Shown piece after piece: positions 1 to 7,591 of a stretch of DNA of 57,600 nt. The stretch spans positions 1 to 57,600 of the forward strand of contig CAZEAF010000002.1 in NCBI GenBank assembly GCA_964510125.1, read 5' to 3'. Numbering within the stretch: position 1 is the stretch's first letter; each line of letters starts with the position of its first letter. Under the pieces are notes generated by a model that had not been told where the DNA came from, made no database searches, and saw only the letters and a list, made by a program, of their open reading frames with translations. This DNA is from an uncultured Coriobacteriaceae bacterium (GTDB lineage Bacteria; Actinomycetota; Coriobacteriia; Coriobacteriales; UMGS124). Position numbers and translations under genes: made by a program.

Positions 1-141
1 CCGGGCAACATTGGCAAGCGGCCGGTACGAAAGGCACCCACCTGAAAGGGGCCGCGTGCTATCCTTGATGTCAAATGAAAATGCAGCTTGAGCTATTCGC
101 CTGCGGAACCGCCGCCCGGCCCGCGGGGGAAGGAGGACGAT

Positions 142-906
142 ATGAACGTCTGGGACACGGAGAGCCTGCTTAACGAGGCCCTTGGGAGTGGGACTGGCCT
201 AGCCTGGCTGATGGGCATCTGCGCGGTGCTCACGCTGTTGCTGACCGTCATTATCTACGTGGCTTTGGTCCCCCATGAGAGGTCGGGGGTGCACAAGGGG
301 TCACGGGCCTTCTTCGGCTTCGAGAAGCTCATCATCGCCCCCATCTTCAAGTTCCTCTACATCCTGTGCGCCGTGGCCATCCTCGTCTTTGGCATCGCCT
401 TGGCAATCCTTCTGCTCGTCGAGGCTATCCGCTACTCCATAGCGACCTTTGCCGAGGCCGCGGGCCTGCTCCTCCTGTGCGTCATCGTGGGCGAGCTCCT
501 GACCCGCATCGTCTGGGAGCTTCTCTTCCTGACCCTCAAGCTGGTGAGCGACGTGAGCGCCATCCGCGGCCAGCTGGACGACCTCGGCGCCGCCCCTGTC
601 GACGCCCGTCACGCGACTCGCGTCGTCGAGCCTGCCCCCGCCCCCGCGGCTCAGGCAGCCTACTACCCGGACTTTGCCAGGCACGCCGCCCCCGTCCAAG
701 GGGATGTCGCCCGCACCCAGCCCATGCCTGTCGTGACCGAGGAGGCGGAGCCGGTGGCGGCGGTACCCGCAGGTCAGGCGACGACGGTCATGCCTGCCAG
801 CGCCCCCGCGTCCGCCCCTGGCGACGGAACTTGGGACTGCGTCTGCGGCAAGAAGGATAACGAAGGCCGTTTCTGCACCCTCTGCGGCCGGCAGCGTCCT
901 GAATAG
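142..906 (+). CDS. Multi-pass membrane protein (DUF4282-like FFGFEKLIIAPIFKFLYIL segment) with C-terminal zinc-ribbon
   Basis: In-frame ATG at 142 is preceded by AGGAGG (131-136), whereas the ORF-track TTG at 88 has no RBS. There are several hydrophobic helices. The C-terminus WDCVCGKKDNEGRFCTLCG is a CxC...CxxC zinc-ribbon. Confidence 0.6.
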   Translation: MNVWDTESLLNEALGSGTGLAWLMGICAVLTLLLTVIIYVALVPHERSGVHKGSRAFFGFEKLIIAPIFKFLYILCAVAILVFGIALAILLLVEAIRYSIATFAEAAGLLLLCVIVGELLTRIVWELLFLTLKLVSDVSAIRGQLDDLGAAPVDARHATRVVEPAPAPAAQAAYYPDFARHAAPVQGDVARTQPMPVVTEEAEPVAAVPAGQATTVMPASAPASAPGDGTWDCVCGKKDNEGRFCTLCGRQRPE

Positions 907-997
907 ATAATCTAACCTTTGACTTAAACGTTAGAGTTACTCCCTCTTAAGTCTATCTTAAGGGTTTAGGTTGAAACTAGTGTTTTTAGTTGTATAG

Positions 998-1029
998 GCG
1001 CGTGCGGCTCTGGTCGCGCGCGCTTTTTT
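998..1029 (+). terminator. Intrinsic terminator after the first CDS
   Basis: An 8-bp GC stem (GCGCGTGC / GCGCGCGC, one G-U pair) with a 10-nt loop, followed by TTTTTT at 1024-1029. Confidence 0.6.
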
Positions 1030-1112
1030 GTGCTGAGGGGTATAGGATGGTCCGTAAGCGTTGCCGCCACACATGCACCAGAACCGAACCAGCAACCTTC
1101 AGGAGGCACGAC

Positions 1113-2171
1113 ATGCAATGCCCGTATTGCGGAAGCAACATCAAGCCGGATGCTAACATCTGTCCGGTCTGCCACGGTGATGTACAAGCGGGTCTCGCCC
1201 GTGCCCAGCAGGGCCAGGCCGAGTACCGCGCCCAGGCCGCGCAATCCATGCCCGACCAGGCCGCCTATCCCCAGGACGCCTATCAGCAGGACGCGCGCCA
1301 GGCCTACCAGCAGCAGGCCTACCAACAGCAGTCTTACCAGCAGCAGGCCTACCAGCAGCAGGAGGCGCCCCAGGGCTACCGGCAGCAGGCCGGCAGGCGG
1401 GACGCGCGCGGTGCCAGCGGGGCCACACCCATGAACTCGTCCGTCCCCGCCCAGCACCAGCCCCTGCGCTCCTTTGACACCGACAGCATGAACAAGTCGC
1501 CCAAGTGGCCCATCGTCCTCATAGCAGTGCTCGTGGTGGTCATCATCCTGGCCATCCTGCTCATCGTCTTCCAGCCTTGGAAGTCCGGCACCACGACGGC
1601 CAACCAGCAGCTGTCCGCCGCCACCAGCACGACCGCCGACAGCACGTCAACCGGGACCGACCAGTCCGTCTCGGAGCCTGCAGATGCGGTCGCCCCGGTT
1701 GAGACACCTGTCGCACCCACTGAGCAATCGGTTTACGACAGCCTGTCCGGAGCCTATAACGCCTTGGCTGGCTACAACGACTCCATTGTCGCCGTCGCCA
1801 ACCAGTTCAACAGCGAGGACGTCCTCAACGCCGACCTGGCCACCCGTCAGGCTGCCTTGGACAACGCCTTGCAGGTCCAGAGCGACATCGACCGGCAGAT
1901 GGCCGAGGTGAATGCCCTCGACGTGACCGGCACCTCCTATGCCGAGTCCAAGGCCGCCGTCGCCAACCTCTATAACGACCTGTCCAACCGCATCCGCGTC
2001 CTGGTCGAATCGCTCAACGCGTCCGTCCAGGCCGGTGACAACCCCGACGCCGCTAGCGAGCAGATCTCGCAGATTCTCTCCGCCGACAACGGTGAGGGCG
2101 GCGTGAACGTGTACAAGGCCGATTACGACGCCAACTACGAGGGTGCCGCGCCCGCTGCTCCCGCTGACTAA
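1113..2171 (+). CDS. Single-pass membrane protein: N-terminal zinc-ribbon, Q/Y-rich low-complexity repeat, TM helix, extracytoplasmic helical domain
   Basis: ATG at 1113 follows AGGAGG (1101-1106). The ORF-track start at 990 lies inside the upstream terminator. Motif CPYCGSNIKPDANICPVCHG, a run of AYQQQ repeats, and the TM segment WPIVLIAVLVVVIILAILLIVF. Confidence 0.6.
   Translation: MQCPYCGSNIKPDANICPVCHGDVQAGLARAQQGQAEYRAQAAQSMPDQAAYPQDAYQQDARQAYQQQAYQQQSYQQQAYQQQEAPQGYRQQAGRRDARGASGATPMNSSVPAQHQPLRSFDTDSMNKSPKWPIVLIAVLVVVIILAILLIVFQPWKSGTTTANQQLSAATSTTADSTSTGTDQSVSEPADAVAPVETPVAPTEQSVYDSLSGAYNALAGYNDSIVAVANQFNSEDVLNADLATRQAALDNALQVQSDIDRQMAEVNALDVTGTSYAESKAAVANLYNDLSNRIRVLVESLNASVQAGDNPDAASEQISQILSADNGEGGVNVYKADYDANYEGAAPAAPAD
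1263..1361 (+). repeat. Tandem 15-bp coding repeat (GCCTACCAGCAGCAG units) encoding AYQQQ
   Basis: Four near-identical 15-mers lie at 1302-1361, with two degenerate units at 1263-1292. All are in frame within the CDS 1113-2171. Confidence 0.8.
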
Positions 2172-2195
2172 GCGAGCTTCCCACAGCCAGGCCCC

Positions 2196-2240
2196 GGCGC
2201 CCACCGAACCCACCGGGTCCGGCGGGCGCCTTAGTCTCTT
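2196..2240 (+). terminator. Candidate terminator after CDS 1113-2171
   Basis: GGCGCCC(a)CCG ... CGG(c)GGGCGCC stem at 2196-2230, followed by an interrupted T-rich tail (TTAGTCTCTTTC). Confidence 0.4.
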
Positions 2241-2379
2241 TCGATGGTTTTTCGCGATTCAGGGGAAGTGGGCGGATGCAGTGGGAATGGCCCGCGGTGA
2301 CTGGTATCGTTGTTAGACGGATTTTTGTCCATCCCAGTGCGGGACCCACCGCGCTCTGACAAGAAAGCGAGATTACGAC

Positions 2380-2928
2380 ATGGCGCTCTACACCCCCGTC
2401 TACGAAACCAAGGGCGACGAGGTTGCTGTATTTGAGACCACCAAGGGCACGATTGAGGCCAGGCTCGACGCCGCCGGCGCCCCCATCCACGTCGCCAACT
2501 TCTGCGAGCTGGCGGAGAAGGGCTTCTACAACGGCACCAAGTTCCACCGCTTCGTCCCCGGCTTCGTCATCCAGGGCGGTGACCCCAACACCCGCGACCT
2601 GACCCCCGAGGAGGTCGCCCGCGGCGGCAAGCCCGGCGCCCCCCGTCCCGGCACTGGCGGCCCCGGCTACTGCATCAAGGCCGAGTTCCGCACCAACCCC
2701 AACAACAAGCACGACGACGCCGCTCTGGCTATGGCCCGCTCCATGGCGCCCGACTCGGCAGGCTCCCAGTTCTACTTCTGCCTGGGTCCCCAGCACAGCC
2801 TGGACAGCGGCTACACGGTCTTCGGCCAGACGTTGTCCGGCACCGAGGTCATCAAGCAGCTGCGCGCTGGCGATGAGATTAAGAGCGTGACAATCAGGCA
2901 CGAGAGCGCAGAAGAGAGCACGGAATAA
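2380..2928 (+). CDS. ppiB: Cyclophilin-type peptidyl-prolyl cis-trans isomerase
   Basis: Cyclophilin signature FHRFVPGFVIQGGDP, and GSQFYFCLGPQHSLDSGYTVFG. Confidence 0.85.
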   Translation: MALYTPVYETKGDEVAVFETTKGTIEARLDAAGAPIHVANFCELAEKGFYNGTKFHRFVPGFVIQGGDPNTRDLTPEEVARGGKPGAPRPGTGGPGYCIKAEFRTNPNNKHDDAALAMARSMAPDSAGSQFYFCLGPQHSLDSGYTVFGQTLSGTEVIKQLRAGDEIKSVTIRHESAEESTE

Positions 2929-2991
2929 GGACCAGCCCCGCACGAGCACAGGCAAGTAGCTGCGCGACGGGCGCGCAGACAAGGAGACACG

Positions 2992-4503
2992 GTGGACATT
3001 TCGACCTTCAACAGGGCTAAAGCGGCCTACGACGCGCGGGATTGGGAGACGGCGGCCATCCTCTTCTCGGCCTGCACGGAGGGGCCGGGGAGCGGCGAGG
3101 CCTGTCACCTGAGGGGCAACGCCCTCATGAGGATGGGTCGCGTGCAGGACGCCGTCGAAGCCTACACCAAGGCGATTGGGGATCCCACCTACACCAATAT
3201 CGGGGCTATCTACACAAACCTCGGCAAGGCCCAGGTCGCCATTGGCGACTACACAGGTGCCGTCGAGTCGCTACGGCGCGCGCTTGAGGACACCAGCTAC
3301 CAGGGCGCCTACAAGGCTTGGCTGGCCCTGGGCGGCGCTTTCTCGCGCCTGGGCGACGCCCGTTCGGCTGGCATCGCCTACCGCAAGGCGGCCCTAGAGG
3401 CCAACAACCCCGACCCTGCGAAGGCCCTCATCAACCTGGGCGTCTGCTTTGTGCAGATGCGCAGGCCCGAGGATGCCGCCAGTGCCTACCGCACCGCCTT
3501 GGACTTCTCCCAGGACGCCAACGAGCGCAACATGATTCTGTCCAACCTGGGCCAGGCCTACGTGGCCGCCAACCGCATGGTGGAGGCCGTTCAGTCCTTC
3601 GAGGAGGCCGTGGCCGACGGCTACCAGCTCCTGCCGCCCGCCCAGGCCGACTATGAGCGCGCCAAGGCAGCCGCAACCAGCCTAGCCGGCACCGTCACGG
3701 GTGACCGGTCCGCAGGCAGCACCGCCAACCTCATCGCCTCCCTCGGCTCGGGCAACGCCTCGGTCGACCCGCTCGATCCCTTGGGCCGCTCCGGCGAGGT
3801 CATGCCCTCTCCGGAACAATCGGGCTTCTTCACCCTGACCGACGACCAGATTGAGGCCCAGGGCAAAAAGGCCATCAAGGCAGAGAGGAGGCAGGACGGC
3901 CAGCGCACCGGCCTCAAGGTCGCGCTCGTCGCCGTCATCGTCCTCGTGGCCCTGCTGGCCGTCGCCGTCGTGGCCTTCCTGGTCATGGGCATCGGCGTGC
4001 CCTCGCAGGAGTCGTCCATCAACTCCGTGTTCACCGCCGCCGAGTCGGGCAACTACACGGCCAGCGGCTGGGCCTCGGGTACGACCGAGACCGACCGCCA
4101 GGCCCAGCTGGCCAGCGTGACCCGCGGCAGCTCCCACGACGTACAGGGGCTGGACTACAGCCTCGCCTCGCCCTCCGACTCCACGGCCTATGTGCTTGTG
4201 ACCCTGCCTGAGGGCGGAACCGTCGAGTACGACGTGACGCTGGTGCGTGACGGCATCGGCTGGAAGGTGTCCGAGGCCAACGAGGCCCACTCCTCGGTTG
4301 ACGCCAGCACCTTCTCCGGCACCGACGCCGCTGCGGTGGCCCCTGTTGCAGACGCTACTGTTGCAGAGGCGCCTGTTGCCGACGCCCCCGTGGTCGACGC
4401 CCCCGAAGCCGAGGTCCCCGAGGCTGAGATTCCCGAAGGCGAGAACCCCGAGGCTGAGATTCCCGAAGGCGAGCCCGTGCCCGACGAGGCTCCTGTGGAA
4501 TAG
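2992..4503 (+). CDS. TPR-repeat protein with one TM helix, an extracytoplasmic domain and an acidic Pro/Glu repeat tail
   Basis: GTG start 5 nt after AAGGAG. Repeated A/Y/G TPR-like helices sit in the N-terminal half. The TM segment is LKVALVAVIVLVALLAVAVVAFLVMGI, and the tail is PEAEIPEGENPEAEIPEGE. Confidence 0.65.
   Translation: MDISTFNRAKAAYDARDWETAAILFSACTEGPGSGEACHLRGNALMRMGRVQDAVEAYTKAIGDPTYTNIGAIYTNLGKAQVAIGDYTGAVESLRRALEDTSYQGAYKAWLALGGAFSRLGDARSAGIAYRKAALEANNPDPAKALINLGVCFVQMRRPEDAASAYRTALDFSQDANERNMILSNLGQAYVAANRMVEAVQSFEEAVADGYQLLPPAQADYERAKAAATSLAGTVTGDRSAGSTANLIASLGSGNASVDPLDPLGRSGEVMPSPEQSGFFTLTDDQIEAQGKKAIKAERRQDGQRTGLKVALVAVIVLVALLAVAVVAFLVMGIGVPSQESSINSVFTAAESGNYTASGWASGTTETDRQAQLASVTRGSSHDVQGLDYSLASPSDSTAYVLVTLPEGGTVEYDVTLVRDGIGWKVSEANEAHSSVDASTFSGTDAAAVAPVADATVAEAPVADAPVVDAPEAEVPEAEIPEGENPEAEIPEGEPVPDEAPVE
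4416..4473 (+). repeat. Direct repeat (28 nt copies, 30-nt period) encoding PEAEIPEGE
   Basis: CCCCGAGGCTGAGATTCCCGAAGGCGAG occurs at 4416-4443 and again at 4446-4473. Confidence 0.85.
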
Positions 4504-4627
4504 GCCCCGCGGCTGGGCCCGATTCGCAAACGGTTTTCCATACTTGGTAATCGGCGCGGCTTACCTGCGCTGTTTGCACCGGCCGGGGCCCTGCCTTGGC
4601 CATCGTCAACCAAAGAAAGGTACGTAC

Positions 4628-5035
4628 ATGGCTATCGAGAAGACTTACATCATGATTAAGCCCGACGCGGTCGCCGCCCATCACGCGGGCGAGATTATCA
4701 GCCGCATCGAGCGCTCCGGCCTCACCATCGAGCGCATGGTGCTCGAGATGGTGACCCCCGAGCAGGCCGCCGCCAACTACGCCGAACACAAGGGTAAGCC
4801 CTTCTACGAGGGCCTCATCTCCTACATCACTAGCGGCCCCGTCGTGAAGATGGTCATCTCCGGCGAGAACGCCGTGGCCAACATGCGCCGCCTCATGGGC
4901 CCCACCGACTGCGCCAAGGCCGCCCCTGGCACCATCCGCGGCGACTTCGGCCTGTCCGTCGACCAGAACGTCATCCACGGCTCCGACTCGACGGCCTCCG
5001 CCGAGCGTGAGATCGGCATCTTCTTCGGCGCCTAA
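4628..5035 (+). CDS. ndk: Nucleoside diphosphate kinase
   Basis: MAIEKTYIMIKPDAV..., and the NVIHGSDS active-site His motif. The ATG at 4628 sits 8 nt after AAAGG. The upstream part of ORF 4247-5035 is Pro/Arg-rich non-coding-like sequence. Confidence 0.9.
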   Translation: MAIEKTYIMIKPDAVAAHHAGEIISRIERSGLTIERMVLEMVTPEQAAANYAEHKGKPFYEGLISYITSGPVVKMVISGENAVANMRRLMGPTDCAKAAPGTIRGDFGLSVDQNVIHGSDSTASAEREIGIFFGA

Positions 5036-5056
5036 GTCCAAGAGAGATCTGCGACC

Positions 5057-6103
5057 ATGTCCATCTTTGACGCCTTTTCCCGTCAGGGGGTCAGCGACAT
5101 CGCCATAGACCTCGGCACCGCCAACACGCTTGTGGCGACCCGCGAGGACGGCATAATCCTGAACGAGCCCTCCGTCGTGGCCATCGACCAGACCCACAAC
5201 CGCGTGCTGGCTGTGGGTGCCGAGGCCAAGCGCATGATGGGGCGTACCCCTGACAACATCGTTGCCGTGAGGCCGATGAAGGATGGCGTCATTGCGGACT
5301 TTGACGTGACCGAGGTGATGCTGCGCTACTTCATCCAAAAGGTGCGCGGCGTCAAGCCCAGGCCTTGGTCACCTCGGCCACGTCTGGTCATCGGCGTTCC
5401 CTGCGGGGTCACGTCCGTCGAAAAGAGGGCGGTCTTCGAGGCCGCCGTCCAAGCCGGTGCCCGTCAGGCCTTCTTGGTCGACGAGCCCGTGGCCGCGGCC
5501 ATCGGCGCGGACTTGCCGGTCGAGGAGCCCACAGGCTCCATGATTGTGGACATCGGCGGCGGCACCACCGAGGTGGGCGTCATCTCCATGGGAGGTCTGG
5601 TGGTCTCCAAGTCGGTCCGCGTGGCCGGCGATGAGTTCGACGAGGCCATACTCACCCATGTGAAAGAGGCCTACAACCTCGACATTGGCGAGCGGACGGC
5701 CGAGATTGTCAAGATTAAGGTTGGTTCCGCCGCCCCCCTGGCCCAGGAGCTGGACGTGGAGGTCAACGGGCGCGACGCGGTGACGGGCATGCCCCGCAGT
5801 ACCCGCATCGAGTCCGAGGAGATTCGCAGTGCCCTGTCCCAGCCCATCGCCGGAATCGTGCGCGCGGTCAGGGACACCCTCGATCTCACACCTCCCGACC
5901 TGGCCTCCGACATCATGTACTACGGCATAGTCCTGTCGGGCGGCGGCGGGATGCTGCGAGGGCTTGACCAGCGCCTGCGCGAGGAGACGGGCGTTCCCGT
6001 GAGCGTCTCGCCGACGGCCCTCGAAAACGTCGTAAACGGCTGCTGCCGCATCCTCGAGGCCGACTCGCTCACGCGCTCGTCCTACGTCCAGGCGAGCCGA
6101 TGA
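5057..6103 (+). CDS. mreB: Rod shape-determining protein MreB
   Basis: Actin-fold motifs DLGTANT and VDIGGGTTEV. It is followed by mreC and mreD. Confidence 0.95.
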   Translation: MSIFDAFSRQGVSDIAIDLGTANTLVATREDGIILNEPSVVAIDQTHNRVLAVGAEAKRMMGRTPDNIVAVRPMKDGVIADFDVTEVMLRYFIQKVRGVKPRPWSPRPRLVIGVPCGVTSVEKRAVFEAAVQAGARQAFLVDEPVAAAIGADLPVEEPTGSMIVDIGGGTTEVGVISMGGLVVSKSVRVAGDEFDEAILTHVKEAYNLDIGERTAEIVKIKVGSAAPLAQELDVEVNGRDAVTGMPRSTRIESEEIRSALSQPIAGIVRAVRDTLDLTPPDLASDIMYYGIVLSGGGGMLRGLDQRLREETGVPVSVSPTALENVVNGCCRILEADSLTRSSYVQASR

Positions 6104-6140
6104 TGAGCTCCTCGCGCGGACGCGGCGGGGTGCATCCATC

Positions 6141-7064
6141 ATGGCCAGGCTGAATCTTCGCGTGGGCAGGGGCGGGGGAGGGGCCAGCGCCACCCGCCTG
6201 CTGGTCATCTTAGTCTTGGCCTGCGTGGTCATCATGACCGTCTACACCCGCGAGGGCGCGGTGGGCCCCTTCCACCTGCTCCGCAGCGCCGTACAGACCC
6301 TGGCCGTCCCCTTCCAGGCCGTGGGGTCCCAAATCTGCCGTCCCATCAACGCCATTGGCACCGCCGCGCGCGATGCTGGTGCGGATTCCCAGACCCTGAG
6401 CCAGCTGGAGGCGGAGAACGACCGGCTGACCCAGCAGGTGGCTGAGCTCAACGAGTATAAGGCCGAGAACGACCGGCTCGAAGCCCTCATCGGCCTTTCC
6501 AACGCCTACTCGCTGTCGGGCGTGGCAGCCCGGGTCATCGGCGTCTCCGACGACTACTGGAGCGACACCATCACGATTGACAAAGGCTCCAGCTCTGGCA
6601 TCAAGGTTGACATGCCCGTTACCGTGGGCTCGGGGGTCATCGGCCAGGTCTGTGCCGTGTCGGCGGCATCGAGCACCGTGCGCCTTTTGACCGACCCCGA
6701 GATGGGCGTGTCGGCCATGCTGCAGGACTCGCGGGAGGTCGGTGTCCTGACCGGGTCGGTGGACGGGACCCTGCGCCTGTCCTTCATTACCTCAGACGTA
6801 AGCGTGGTCCCGGGCGAAATCGTGGTCACCTCCGGTCTGGGCGGGGTCTATCCCAAGGGGCTGCCCCTGGGCGTGGTCGTCAGCGCCAGCTCCTCCGTCT
6901 CCGGCCAGTATCAGGAGATTACCGTGCGCAGCACCGCCGTGGCCGGCAACCTGGAGGAGGTTCTGGTCGTCACGACCTTCGACCCCACGGCTGACGGCAG
7001 CTCGAACGCCCAGGACATCATCGCGTCGGCAGACGGGTCGGGCCAGGGGGGTGATGGCGCATGA
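6141..7064 (+). CDS. mreC: Rod shape-determining protein MreC
   Basis: N-terminal TM helix, a coiled-coil (LSQLEAENDRLTQQVAELNEYKAENDRLE) and a beta-rich C-terminal domain. Its position is between mreB and mreD. Confidence 0.85.
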   Translation: MARLNLRVGRGGGGASATRLLVILVLACVVIMTVYTREGAVGPFHLLRSAVQTLAVPFQAVGSQICRPINAIGTAARDAGADSQTLSQLEAENDRLTQQVAELNEYKAENDRLEALIGLSNAYSLSGVAARVIGVSDDYWSDTITIDKGSSSGIKVDMPVTVGSGVIGQVCAVSAASSTVRLLTDPEMGVSAMLQDSREVGVLTGSVDGTLRLSFITSDVSVVPGEIVVTSGLGGVYPKGLPLGVVVSASSSVSGQYQEITVRSTAVAGNLEEVLVVTTFDPTADGSSNAQDIIASADGSGQGGDGA

Positions 7065-7591
7065 GCGAGATGGGCAAAGGCTTTCGCATAAAGGACATGC
7101 GACTTGCGGTGACCGTGGGGGTCTTGGTCCTGCTGGAGCTGGTCTTGGGCGAGCAGCTGTCCCTCTTTGGCGCCACCCCGCACTTTCTTTTCGTGGCAGC
7201 CCTCTGCATCGCCATGCGCAAGGACGTATGGTCGGGAACCGTGGCTGGCTTTGCCTGCGGCCTTGCCTGCGACCTTCTCGGCGCGGGTCCCGTGGGCATC
7301 TGCGCCCTGGTCTACATGGTTGCCGGCTATCTGGCTGGCAGGGTCCTTGAGGGCGAGCTGACCCGCGATTGGAAGGCGCCTGCCCTGGCCCTGCTCATAG
7401 CCGCTCTTGCAGCCAACATCCTGGTGCTTTTCCTGCGCTTTGTCCTGGGCATGGCCATAGACCTGCCAGGAGCGGTCCTTGCTCAGATCCTCATAGCCAC
7501 GGTCGTGGACGGGCTCGTGGGCCTGGTGGCTTGCTGGGCGCTGGCGCACGGCGGAAACGGTTTGGGCATGTCGCCTTCGGGACTGCGGTAG
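7061..7591 (+). CDS. mreD: Rod shape-determining protein MreD
   Basis: ATGA overlap with the mreC stop. A polytopic hydrophobic protein of about 176 aa, located between mreC and PBP2. Confidence 0.75.
   Translation: MSEMGKGFRIKDMRLAVTVGVLVLLELVLGEQLSLFGATPHFLFVAALCIAMRKDVWSGTVAGFACGLACDLLGAGPVGICALVYMVAGYLAGRVLEGELTRDWKAPALALLIAALAANILVLFLRFVLGMAIDLPGAVLAQILIATVVDGLVGLVACWALAHGGNGLGMSPSGLR

Noticed and set aside
4504-4627. Promoter candidates upstream of ndk-mreB, and a similar search at 10978-11113 upstream of the unknown gene.
   Set aside because: No hexamer pair came closer than weak partial matches (for example CATACT or GATAAA without a usable -35). I left these uncalled rather than report weak matches.
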